A stretch of 64,000 nt of DNA from contig JAQUAK010000002.1 in NCBI GenBank assembly GCA_028687275.1, positions 6,102 through 70,101 on the forward strand. The letters run 5' to 3'. Every line of letters starts with the position of its first letter. Positions within the stretch are counted from its first letter, which is position 1. A program made the position numbers and the translations under genes. The notes under the pieces are model-generated. The model was not told where the DNA came from, did no database searches, and saw only the letters and a program-made list of their open reading frames with translations. This DNA comes from Patescibacteria group bacterium. GTDB taxonomy: Bacteria; Patescibacteriota; Patescibacteriia; Patescibacteriales; UBA12465. Below, piece after piece: positions 48,422-57,194 of the stretch.

Positions 48422-49584
48422 CATTCACACAAAACAGAGTCAATTCTCTGTTTTTTGTTATTTTCTGGGAGTAAATGCGTAATTGGAGCAGGAAGCAAAC
48501 CCGCCATCCCTTCTCTTTCTTGAAGCCTTGTGACCTTATTGTGTCCTAAATCTTCATCCAGGACATTTACTGATGTTTGAAGCGTGGCAAAATCAATATG
48601 ACAATATATCATTGTAGTCCGAATATCAGAGTGTCCCAGCAAGCTTTTAACTACTACTGGATTAACACCTCTTTGTATTAAGCGAGAAGCAAAAGTATGT
48701 CTCAAGGGATGCCAACTAATTCTTTTTATTCCAGCTCTATCGCAGATTCTGAATAGCTCATTTCTACAAATATCATTTCTGATATTCAATCCTAACTTGT
48801 ATTGAAACACAAACCCTCTTTCTTTTCTCTCGCTAAGCAGGGCGTAGTATAGACCATTACTTAAAGGAATAACACGATATTTATTGCTCTTAGGTGGACC
48901 CACTTCATCTTTCTTGTAGATGGATCTTTTAACAGTTAGCACTCTTCTTGTGAAATCTATATCTTCCCATTTTAAGCCTCGAAGCTCGCCTAATCTTAAT
49001 CCGGTCTTCAGCGCCGTTAGAATCATTAATTTCCAAAATCCGGTCGCACTCTCTAGTAAAGCCTCACTTTCTTCAGGAGAAAGGAAAATAAATGAGCTAG
49101 GAGGAGTTTTTAACTGCTTTATTTTAGGCACCTTGCTTAATATGTCCCACTCTTTCGCTGTGTTCAGACAAGTTCTTAACACTGTTAAATGATTATTAAT
49201 GGTTTTATTGGATAATCCCTTTTTACTTACAAAATTAACATACTCTCCTATCGATAGAGGGCTAATTTTATCTAGCCTCTTATTTCCAAAGAATGGGAGA
49301 AGATGTTTATTAAAGATATAATATTTCCCTCTAATTTCAGAAACTTTATTATTATTCTTTACATAAATATTAAACCATTTCTCTGCAAATTCTGATAATT
49401 TTGGTATTTCTGCTACTACTTCCTCACTTTTGCCTATATCTTCTCCAGTGGCCAATTTTCGGCGTAATAAAGCCTCGTAGGCCTTCGCCCCTTCTTTAGC
49501 ATTATCTGGACTCACCTTTCTATATCTCTGATTATCGTGAGTGATGTCCACATACCATCTATGTCCTCGACGTTTTATACTCAT
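48367..49584 (-). CDS. Tyrosine recombinase / phage-type integrase
   Basis: Catalytic pattern TGLRLGELRGL, HPLRHTFAS and LGHSDIRTTMIYCH. The 3' end of the ORF reads through the antisense of tRNA-Asp. Confidence 0.9.
   Translation of the reverse strand: MSIKRRGHRWYVDITHDNQRYRKVSPDNAKEGAKAYEALLRRKLATGEDIGKSEEVVAEIPKLSEFAEKWFNIYVKNNNKVSEIRGKYYIFNKHLLPFFGNKRLDKISPLSIGEYVNFVSKKGLSNKTINNHLTVLRTCLNTAKEWDILSKVPKIKQLKTPPSSFIFLSPEESEALLESATGFWKLMILTALKTGLRLGELRGLKWEDIDFTRRVLTVKRSIYKKDEVGPPKSNKYRVIPLSNGLYYALLSERKERGFVFQYKLGLNIRNDICRNELFRICDRAGIKRISWHPLRHTFASRLIQRGVNPVVVKSLLGHSDIRTTMIYCHIDFATLQTSVNVLDEDLGHNKVTRLQEREGMAGLLPAPITHLLPENNKKQRIDSVLCECGTDGTRTRDLCRDRAAL
48400..48422 (+). repeat. attL-type direct repeat (tRNA-Asp 3' end)
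   Basis: Identical to 55266-55288. Confidence 0.9.
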
Positions 49585-49602
49585 ATCTTTTAATTATAAG
49601 AC

Positions 49603-49797
49603 TCAATTAACCCTATCTTTCTGAAGAAATTCTTCAAGATCTCTTTGTAGAAAACGAATGGAACCGCCAACTTTAATGTGTTTTAATTCTCCTTTATGCA
49701 CTAAGCGATAAAGGGTAGCCTGAGAGATACGCAAAGTGTCTCGCATTTCTCTGGGCCTAATTAGTTTCTCTCCATGATAGGAGTTAATGTTTGTCAT
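49603..49797 (-). CDS. Excisionase/MerR-type helix-turn-helix DNA-binding protein
   Basis: 64 aa. LRISQATLYRLVHKGELKHIKVGGSIRF matches the excisionase-family HTH pattern. It lies directly upstream of the integrase. Confidence 0.75.
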   Translation of the reverse strand: MTNINSYHGEKLIRPREMRDTLRISQATLYRLVHKGELKHIKVGGSIRFLQRDLEEFLQKDRVN

Positions 49798-50800
49798 GTT
49801 AGTTGTTAAAGGGCAATACAGGCAGTAACCGATATTAACGGCTACCCGGACTATATTACCTTATCATTATTTAATAATGAATAAAATGGTTACGTTGTAA
49901 TATAGTTTTGCCAAACAAAAAAGGTTGCTATTAAAGTAAAAACAAAAAGCTATATAACGTAACTTCTTATTTTCATCCTAATAACAACCTCTACCTAGGT
50001 AAGTCCATAGAGGAGAACCTAGATCATTAAAATTGCTTCTCATGAAGTAATAGCAATAGGCATACATGTGGTACATGCTGGGGTATTGCTATCATTTCGA
50101 ATGAATATATTGTTAATGTACTTATATTATACCTTGTCCACTCATTGCTAGTCAAATTTAATCTAAAGACACTAGCAACGATGTAAAGCAGTTGCAGTGT
50201 TTCACTGGTCAATCCAGAGGGATAAGAGGGATCATGCGAGGGATCACTTTTTTTGTCTTTTTAGCTTACATTAAATAATAAATGTAATTATCGAGGAAGC
50301 TAGATGTCGCAAAATGCATACGTATATTGTTACCATTTATGCCCCCGGAGGGGGCACAATTGTGCCATTGTGACACAATTATTAATGTGGTTATGTCTAT
50401 TAGTTGGAAACGGGTAGTCAACCGCTCTGCCTCATGCCCTTTCTATTAAAAACCCCTTCTAGAAATAAAGGTAGTGGGAGCTTCAGAAAAGGAACTTTAT
50501 ACCTCTTAGATGTTACCCTCTATATTTAGGGTGAATTTGAAAACATTATCGGCACTGTCATATATTCACAAATACTTTTGTGTATTGATAAGTAATGAAT
50601 AGCTTGGTATTATATAAATACAATTGAATTGGCCTAAACCAGCTGTTTAGCTGGCATGGTCTAAAAACTGTACAAACATGAAGATGGCTTTCCATCTGGT
50701 ATTTGTTTGTGCAGTCAATGCTCGAAAGGGTGTTGGACATCGCAAGATGTCGCCAGTATGGGAAGCTTTTTTTGATTTCCAAACTGAACACTAACAATAT

Positions 50801-51001
50801 ATGAATAATTCAAACAAAAAACATTGGGGCTACGGAAAAATATCATTAATATTTCTACTACTGGGAGCTATTAAAATAAATATTCTCCCTGTTATGGGAG
50901 TAATATGGGATCTATTCTTTGATATTTTAATAACCATGGGATTAATATCAGGTATATTATGGATCATTGAGAAAATAAAGAAAGCAAAAATGAAAAAATG
51001 A
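50801..51001 (+). CDS. Small membrane protein (66 aa, 2 TM)
   Basis: First ORF of the plus-strand island block. Its stop at 50999-51001 lies one nt before the next ATG at 51003, consistent with translational coupling. Confidence 0.5.
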   Translation: MNNSNKKHWGYGKISLIFLLLGAIKINILPVMGVIWDLFFDILITMGLISGILWIIEKIKKAKMKK

Positions 51002-51002
51002 T

Positions 51003-51215
51003 ATGAGAATAACAGACAAAACCAAAGAAGACGAAGGTAAAGGATATCAACTTTTGAAATTAGACGAGTCAAATAGTAATTACTCTCCGGGAGCAAATAC
51101 CAATTGGGAAAACCTGATTAAAAGCAAAATTTTTATAGTTCTTGGAAATATCCTTTTTTGGATATTTTTTATTTGGCATTTTTATAACAGTCTAACTTTC
51201 AATATTTTTGAGTAG
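51003..51215 (+). CDS. Small membrane protein (70 aa, C-terminal TM)
   Basis: Coupled to the preceding ORF. Polar N-terminus followed by FIVLGNILFWIFFIWHF. Confidence 0.5.
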   Translation: MRITDKTKEDEGKGYQLLKLDESNSNYSPGANTNWENLIKSKIFIVLGNILFWIFFIWHFYNSLTFNIFE

Positions 51216-51283
51216 GTAGACACAAAATAATATCATAACATTACAATTACCGTACTTAGATAAATAATGATAACATTCTTGAA

Positions 51284-51295
51284 TATTCGCGAATA
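51284..51295. promoter_or_regulatory. 12-bp perfect palindrome overlapping a -35-like hexamer upstream of the OLD gene
   Basis: tattcgcgaata directly follows ttgaat (51279-51284). tataat-like sequence lies downstream. Confidence 0.4.
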
Positions 51296-51322
51296 AAAGA
51301 GTATTATGTATATATAATATAG

Positions 51323-53134
51323 ATGATTAAATATATGAAATATACAAAATTTATAATAAATAATTTCAAAGGAATAGAAAGTCTCACGTTAGATTTTGAC
51401 AATCAAATAAAATACAAAATCTTTACATTTGTTGGACTAAATGAAAGTGGAAAAACAACCATACTTGAAGCTATAGATTTTTTACAAAAAGATATAAAAG
51501 AAAAAGACCGGCATAAATTAATTCCAAAAAAAGATAAAACTAATTTTAATGACGTCATCTCCGTTAAGGCTACCATTAAACTAGAGGACGACGACGAAAT
51601 AGCTATAAAAAAATACGCCGATAAAGAAAAGTTCATCCTAGAAAAGACCATAAAGGAATTTACAATAGAAAAAAAGTACATTTACAAAGGGTCAAAGTTT
51701 ATTAAAAAGGAATACATTTGGGATATTAGCCTTATTGGCAAAAAGAAAAATAGCGCCAAAACTAGCAAACTATCATATGATGATAAATTAGACCGAAGAA
51801 GTACAATAGAAGATTACATAGAAGATCAATTGTTACCTCCTATAATATACTATCCAAATTTCTCAGTTAATTTTCCAAATAAAATATATTTGCAAGAGCG
51901 AGAAGGAGAATCTAAAGAGCAAGAATTTTATCGTAACATGGTCCAGGATGTTCTAGATTCGTTAAACAACAATCTAACCATAGAAGAACATATAATCAGC
52001 AGAATGAATAGCGAGTCAGATGAAGACAAAGAGGCTCTCGAGTCAGTCTTGATTGAATTGGGGTCAAAAATTACTGACACCACCTTAAAGTCATGGGAAG
52101 AAATATTTAGAAAAACAGAAATAAAAAGGGAGATAACCATAAAAGATGGTATAGAAGGAGATCCTGGAGATGAAAGATATTTTTTAGAAATTAAACTCAA
52201 ACAAGGTTCTCAGAAATATGCAATTGAAGAGTTAAGCCTTGGATTTAGGTGGTTTTTTGCTTTTTTATTATTTACAGAGTTTAGGAAACATAGAATAAAA
52301 GATAAAGGAGAAATTCTATTTCTTTTGGATGAACCGGCGTCTAATTTGCATTCAACGGTACAGGGCAGATTATTAAATATGTTCCGAGATATTATCAGTA
52401 AAAGTAAACTCATTTATACCACGCATAGTCATCATCTTATTAATCCAGAATGGCTGGAAGGAGCTTACATAATAAAAAATAGTGGTTTAGGGGACTACGA
52501 AGATGTTAATTTAGATCCTGAAAATACCAAAGTAGATGCAATCCCATATAAAAGATTTGTGGTCAATTTCCCGGGACAAAAACATTACTTCAAACCAATA
52601 TTAGATAGCCTAGATTACAAGCCTAGCAGTTTAGAGATGGTCCCCGACATTATTATTGTTGAGGGTAAAAACGACTTTTATGCTTTTAAGTATATCTATG
52701 AAGTAATTATGCAAAAAAAGGAGGCTTCTCTTCATTTTTATCCGGGAAACGGGGCTGGAAAGAATGATCAAGTTATTAGATTATATAATTCTTGGGGGCG
52801 CAAACTATTGGTATTTATGGATGGAGATAAAGCAGGAAGAGACGCAAAAGAAAAGTATAACGAGGAGATTGGCGTCATTGTAAAAGACAGGGTGTATACT
52901 TTGTTTGATATTAAAAAAGAATGGAAAGATAAGGCTACTGAAGATTTATTTTCCCCAAAAGAGCAATTAAGGTTAATACAAGCAATAGACCCTAATTGTA
53001 AAAAAGTTACTAAAACAAAAATTAATAATGCAATCCAAAATTTATTATTCCTAAGACAAAAGGTAGATATAAATAAAACCACGATTGCCAGATTCGAAAA
53101 AATATTTGATTTTCTGTCAAAAAAATTAATATAA
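51323..53134 (+). CDS. OLD-family nuclease (ABC-type ATPase plus TOPRIM)
   Basis: MKYTKFIINNFKGI, Walker A GLNESGKTT, signature-like LSLGFRW, Walker B ILFLLDEPASNLH and H-loop TTHSHH. TOPRIM Glu in IIIVEGKNDFYAF and DxD in FMDGDKAGRD. An alternative start is at 51335. Confidence 0.85.
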   Translation: MIKYMKYTKFIINNFKGIESLTLDFDNQIKYKIFTFVGLNESGKTTILEAIDFLQKDIKEKDRHKLIPKKDKTNFNDVISVKATIKLEDDDEIAIKKYADKEKFILEKTIKEFTIEKKYIYKGSKFIKKEYIWDISLIGKKKNSAKTSKLSYDDKLDRRSTIEDYIEDQLLPPIIYYPNFSVNFPNKIYLQEREGESKEQEFYRNMVQDVLDSLNNNLTIEEHIISRMNSESDEDKEALESVLIELGSKITDTTLKSWEEIFRKTEIKREITIKDGIEGDPGDERYFLEIKLKQGSQKYAIEELSLGFRWFFAFLLFTEFRKHRIKDKGEILFLLDEPASNLHSTVQGRLLNMFRDIISKSKLIYTTHSHHLINPEWLEGAYIIKNSGLGDYEDVNLDPENTKVDAIPYKRFVVNFPGQKHYFKPILDSLDYKPSSLEMVPDIIIVEGKNDFYAFKYIYEVIMQKKEASLHFYPGNGAGKNDQVIRLYNSWGRKLLVFMDGDKAGRDAKEKYNEEIGVIVKDRVYTLFDIKKEWKDKATEDLFSPKEQLRLIQAIDPNCKKVTKTKINNAIQNLLFLRQKVDINKTTIARFEKIFDFLSKKLI

Positions 53135-53274
53135 TATAGATTATTTGTTCTCGATAATAGAGAAAAGGTTAATGGAATAACTACAAATTATCAAGAAAGC
53201 GTTATTAGCTAAATTTCGGTAGCAGTTTTTGCTGTTGCTGTGTGGTTTTAATTAAGCTTTAAGATATTTAATTT

Positions 53275-54108
53275 ATGATTGTTATTGATGAAATTTTTTA
53301 CTTTACGACAGAACAAGCCTCTCCTTTTATTAGTAATGTGGATTGGGGCTCGCTGTTAAGCGCTTTTGTCGGCGCATTTTTATCTATTCTGTTCTGGACC
53401 TATATAGAATTCCTGAGGGGCAGGAAGATAAAAAAAGATAATATAGCTTATATCGAAAAATATTTAATTGTAAATAGTGAAAAACTTATACAGGCAAAAC
53501 AAACAATTGAAAAATTTATCGAAGACAGATTAAAAAAGACTCTAGCTGACATAGAAAAAGATGGAATAGAAGAAATTTATTCCATCCATAGATCATTTTT
53601 TCCTTTATTTGAGGCCGGATTCATTGACGCTGGCATCATGAAGATTCGAACTGGTTCAACTTATATAGACAATCAACTCCTTGTGGTCTATAACAATGTT
53701 AATGATTTTTCATCTGCTATTATTGATTTACGAGAACAATTAACTTCCACGTTTGAATTAAACGAAAAAATGGCTATGCAAAAAGTAAACTCGCCAAGAG
53801 CACAAGGGGCTATAATGAGAGATAATTTGAAAGCATTTATAAAGTTTGCAGAAGATGATTTTTTAGAAAAAAATATAAAAATACATCTAAAGAATCTCAC
53901 ACAAACAAGATTGGCCCTTATCAAATATAATAAAATTGGAGGATTTCGTTGGCAAGTTAAATTTGCTCCTCGCTGGAAATTCTTTTTTTTCAGCAATAAA
54001 AAATACAAAGAATATTGCGATTCAAAATTTAAGGTGATTGATCAATATTTTGAAAAAGAAACAGAAGAAGAAATACAAAAAATTCTCAAAAACATGGAAG
54101 CGTCCTAA
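53275..54108 (+). CDS. Hypothetical protein, N-terminal TM helix plus helical domain
   Basis: 277-aa ORF downstream of the OLD gene, with the TM helix LLSAFVGAFLSILFWTYIEF. No family recognised. Confidence 0.55.
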   Translation: MIVIDEIFYFTTEQASPFISNVDWGSLLSAFVGAFLSILFWTYIEFLRGRKIKKDNIAYIEKYLIVNSEKLIQAKQTIEKFIEDRLKKTLADIEKDGIEEIYSIHRSFFPLFEAGFIDAGIMKIRTGSTYIDNQLLVVYNNVNDFSSAIIDLREQLTSTFELNEKMAMQKVNSPRAQGAIMRDNLKAFIKFAEDDFLEKNIKIHLKNLTQTRLALIKYNKIGGFRWQVKFAPRWKFFFFSNKKYKEYCDSKFKVIDQYFEKETEEEIQKILKNMEAS

Positions 54109-54211
54109 ATAATAATTACCACCCCGCACTGCAACAAGTATAATTTAACCACGCCATATTTATAAATTTAATATAACTTGGTTGACTTGAACTTTAATTA
54201 ATATTCAATAT

Positions 54212-55072
54212 ATGACACAAGCAAAAAACATCCAGAATAAAAGAACGAAGTTCATGAATAATTTTACTTCTGATACTTTATTAATTGCAATAATAACAGG
54301 AGTGGGATATCTTTCTGCTTTTGCCTACAAATTTGCTTATTTAAGTCATTTTGATGTGCCAGTCTTTTTTGTTGAAATTAATTTAAGTACTATTTTAGCA
54401 ATCACTTCTGTTGAGTTTTTTGTTATGCTATATTTAGCATTATTTATTAATGATGCAAGATCTTGGGAAATAAAGAACAATTTGCTTAATCTTATCAAAA
54501 ATTATGGTCATTTAATATTTTCCTTTATAGTAACATCCGTATTGGCTTATCTCTATGTCTACTCAAGTGCAGATATAATATTATTCCCGCCAATGTTACT
54601 TATATTGATTTGCTTATTTATTTTATTCATCATACGACAAAAGGAATTAACCAAGGGTACTAGAAAACATAAACCTAATATACTGCTTTCTGAATCAAGA
54701 AAAATTCTTGGACCATTATTATTTCAGTGTATTTTAATTTCAATACTTGCCGTAATGGCCTGTTATGTGGCTGGAGGTTTTAATGCAAGAAACTCTACCA
54801 AATATTTAGTTTCTAATACCAATCCATCAATATTTCTAATATCAAGTTATCAAGATAGCTTCATTGTCGCGACCTATATTAAAGATAAGAAAACTTTTGA
54901 TAATATTACGTTAATAAACAAAGATCAAATTTCTGATAAAAATATGACATTCTCTGATATGGAGATTGGGCCATTAAACAGTAAAGACAATTTACGATGG
55001 AAAGAATATAGAAAATCAATATATTCCTGGTTTTCACAATATTTTCATAAAACTAAAGCAAATGCTTTATAA
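54212..55072 (+). CDS. Hypothetical polytopic membrane protein (about 5 TM) with C-terminal soluble domain
   Basis: 286-aa ORF, the last gene of the island. No family recognised. Confidence 0.55.
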   Translation: MTQAKNIQNKRTKFMNNFTSDTLLIAIITGVGYLSAFAYKFAYLSHFDVPVFFVEINLSTILAITSVEFFVMLYLALFINDARSWEIKNNLLNLIKNYGHLIFSFIVTSVLAYLYVYSSADIILFPPMLLILICLFILFIIRQKELTKGTRKHKPNILLSESRKILGPLLFQCILISILAVMACYVAGGFNARNSTKYLVSNTNPSIFLISSYQDSFIVATYIKDKKTFDNITLINKDQISDKNMTFSDMEIGPLNSKDNLRWKEYRKSIYSWFSQYFHKTKANAL

Positions 55073-55265
55073 AATAAATCCTACCTACCCCTCCCTGTGT
55101 TGCCCCAGTCTTAATTTGTGACCGTATTGTGTCCGAGAAGTGATAGAATTTAAGATATTAAGTTTTCTTTTAACAACACTTGAGAAATAATATTCCCCTT
55201 GTATTACCGATGTAATTAGATTATTCCATTATATCTATTGAAGTATAGCGATTTAGCTCCTTTTA

Positions 55266-55288
55266 GGTTCGAGTCCCGTCCGTTCCGC
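55266..55288 (+). repeat. attR-type direct repeat (copy of tRNA-Asp 3' end)
   Basis: Identical to 48400-48422. No tRNA body lies upstream of it. Confidence 0.9.
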
Positions 55289-55334
55289 TATAACAAAAAT
55301 CGCCTTTTAGGCGGTTTTTTGTTATGCTAATATT

Positions 55335-55943
55335 ATGAAACAAATATTAATTGCTACTAATAATAAGGGGAAAGCAAAAGAAATAAGACAAATTTTTAAA
55401 GACACAGATTTTGAGCCTAAATTTCTATTTGATTTTCCAGAAGAAACTAAAGATTTAGAAATCATTGAAAATGCAGATAGTTTTGAGGGTAATGCTAAAA
55501 TTAAAGCTATTATAGCTGGTGATAAACTTAATATGATAACCTTGGCTGATGATAGCGGTCTTTGTGTAAACTATTTAGATGGCGCTCCCGGTGTTTATTC
55601 AGCTAGATATTCTAAAAAAGGAGATGACGTTAGCAATTATAACAAACTATTAACAGCCATGGCAGGAGTGCCTTTAGAGGAAAGAGATTGCTATTATCGT
55701 TGTGCCGTTGTTATATACAACCCAAAAACCAAATCGATTAATACATTCCTTGGAGATTGGCATGGAAAAGTAGCTTTGAATCCAATGGGCAATAAAAGTT
55801 TCGGCTACGCTCCTATATTCTTAGCCAAAGAATTTAATTATAAAAAAACTAATGCTGAATGTGACCCAAAAGAATTAATTCTAATTAATCATCGTGGAAA
55901 AGCTTTTCGTCAAGCAATTGATATGTTAAATAATAAATTTTAA
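55335..55943 (+). CDS. rdgB: Non-canonical purine NTP pyrophosphatase (RdgB/HAM1)
   Basis: ILIATNNKGKAKEI, DDSGLCV..LDGAPGVYSARY, FGYAPIF and HRGKAF. Confidence 0.88.
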   Translation: MKQILIATNNKGKAKEIRQIFKDTDFEPKFLFDFPEETKDLEIIENADSFEGNAKIKAIIAGDKLNMITLADDSGLCVNYLDGAPGVYSARYSKKGDDVSNYNKLLTAMAGVPLEERDCYYRCAVVIYNPKTKSINTFLGDWHGKVALNPMGNKSFGYAPIFLAKEFNYKKTNAECDPKELILINHRGKAFRQAIDMLNNKF

Positions 55944-55947
55944 AAAT

Positions 55948-56442
55948 ATGTCTAAAATAGAAATTAGATATCAACGATTAAGTGATGCTAAGAGATTCTT
56001 TGAAATCATTAACAATCCTAATTTTATTTATCTGGATATTAGGGTTAAGTCTATAGAAGATGAAAGATTATTTTTAAGTAAAAATAAAGAAAGAAGAAAA
56101 AGTAACTTCGCATATAACTACACCATTACTTTAAATAAGAAAGTGGTCGGCAGCATTGGCATTAAAATAAACCAGCATCGCCCATACATAGGGGAAATTG
56201 GTTATTTTATTGATGAAGCTTACTGGGGACAAGGCATAACCACTAAAGCCGTTAAACTAGTAGAAGAAATTGGATTTAAAAAATTAAATCTAAAGAGGAT
56301 CGAAGTTATTATGGACCCTAAAAATAAAGCCAGTGAAAAAGTTGCTATTAAAAATAATTATAAAAAAGAAGGTTTAATGAAAAAATTTATTATAAAAGAA
56401 AATAGTTATCAAGACGCATTGTTATACGCTAAAGTGCTCTAA
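55948..56442 (+). CDS. GNAT-family N-acetyltransferase (RimJ/RimL-like)
   Basis: The acetyl-CoA-binding region YWGQGITTKAVKLVEEIGF, with a length and layout typical of Acetyltransf_3. Confidence 0.7.
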   Translation: MSKIEIRYQRLSDAKRFFEIINNPNFIYLDIRVKSIEDERLFLSKNKERRKSNFAYNYTITLNKKVVGSIGIKINQHRPYIGEIGYFIDEAYWGQGITTKAVKLVEEIGFKKLNLKRIEVIMDPKNKASEKVAIKNNYKKEGLMKKFIIKENSYQDALLYAKVL

Positions 56443-56525
56443 AATTATTTTTTTAATTGATCTATAATATATAAAACAAAAAAAATTTGCTTTTTTTCTG
56501 AAAATATATAAAAATAGATGCATTA

Positions 56526-56612
56526 GGAGAGGTGCCAGAGTGGTCGAATGGAACAGTCTTGAAAACTGTCGTCGGTGCAAGCCGACCGTGGGTTCGAATC
56601 CCACCCTCTCCG
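56526..56612 (+). tRNA. tRNA-Ser (UGA)
   Basis: Acceptor ggagagg/cctctcc, anticodon stem acagt/actgt, loop ctTGAaa, long variable arm and T arm gtggg-ttcgaat-cccac. Confidence 0.88.
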
Positions 56613-56686
56613 CATATGAAAAATAGTCCTAAATTAGGGCTATTTTTTGATAGGGAGTTTATTGCTTTGGAACGACATGGTATAAT
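56600..56686 (+). repeat. Boundary module C (tRNA-Ser 3' end, terminator hairpin, TGnTATAAT promoter)
   Basis: cccaccctctccgca, then aaaaatagtcctaaattagggctatttttt, then gagtttattgctttggaacgacatggtataat. About 80 percent identical by eye to module F. Confidence 0.8.
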
Positions 56687-56716
56687 ATGTTTGTAAAATA
56701 ATACGATAGAAGTGCT

Positions 56717-57109
56717 ATGAATATTATAAGTGACAATACTCCAGATTTAATATCGCCTATTTTTTCGCATATTATAGAAATAGGAGTTAACCCTTATATT
56801 GTTTTTGTTTTGTTAGTGCTTGTCATTTTTTCATTATATTTTTTATTATTTAGCTTGTTGGCTTATAGGGGTAATTTCAATTTATTGAAAAAAGATTTTA
56901 AAAAAATGCCACTTAAAAACAAGCGAGACTGGTTTATTTTTTTATTTGTTGGTGTTCTTATGGCTTTTATTATGTTTTATCAAATGCTTGATTCATTCTA
57001 CAGTCCAGCTGATATAGTCAGATACCGCGTTTCCTCTATTGATAAGGCCGTTGCATCTTTTGGGGATAAAATGGTCCTGTTCTTAGAAAAAATTGGCATA
57101 CTTAGATAA
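56717..57109 (+). CDS. Hypothetical membrane protein (130 aa, 2-3 TM), cassette 1
   Basis: ORF lying between module C and repeat D. No family recognised. Confidence 0.5.
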   Translation: MNIISDNTPDLISPIFSHIIEIGVNPYIVFVLLVLVIFSLYFLLFSLLAYRGNFNLLKKDFKKMPLKNKRDWFIFLFVGVLMAFIMFYQMLDSFYSPADIVRYRVSSIDKAVASFGDKMVLFLEKIGILR

Positions 57110-57125
57110 TTTGTTGGCAATAACC

Positions 57126-57153
57126 GTTCCAACTACGTCCCACCCTCCCCGCA
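57126..57153 (+). repeat. 28-bp repeat D (near-copy of repeat B; degenerate tRNA-Ser 3' end)
   Basis: gttccaactacgtcccaccctccccgca, followed by the hairpin aataagcta-ttac-tagcttatt. Confidence 0.85.
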
Positions 57154-57194
57154 TTAACAAAAATAAGCTATTACTAGCTTATTATTGTCCCCAG

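Larger units (their letters stand above)
48400..55288. mobile_element. tRNA-Asp-integrated genomic island (~6.9 kb) with integrase and excisionase
   Basis: An exact 23-bp direct repeat ggttcgagtcccgtccgttccgc occurs at 48400-48422 (inside the tRNA) and at 55266-55288. A tyrosine integrase gene abuts the tRNA. Confidence 0.85.

Noticed and set aside
51323-53134. Assigning the OLD-like protein to Gabija (GajA), PARIS (AriA/AriB) or a retron effector.
   Set aside because: No UvrD-like helicase, no separate DUF4435 protein and no reverse transcriptase lies anywhere in the island. Its length of 603 aa fits a stand-alone OLD core, so the known system labels do not apply on context.
48400-55288. 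Complete prophage.
   Set aside because: The element is only 6.9 kb, with no capsid, portal, terminase, tail or lysis-enzyme-like ORFs. It is better described as a small integrative island.
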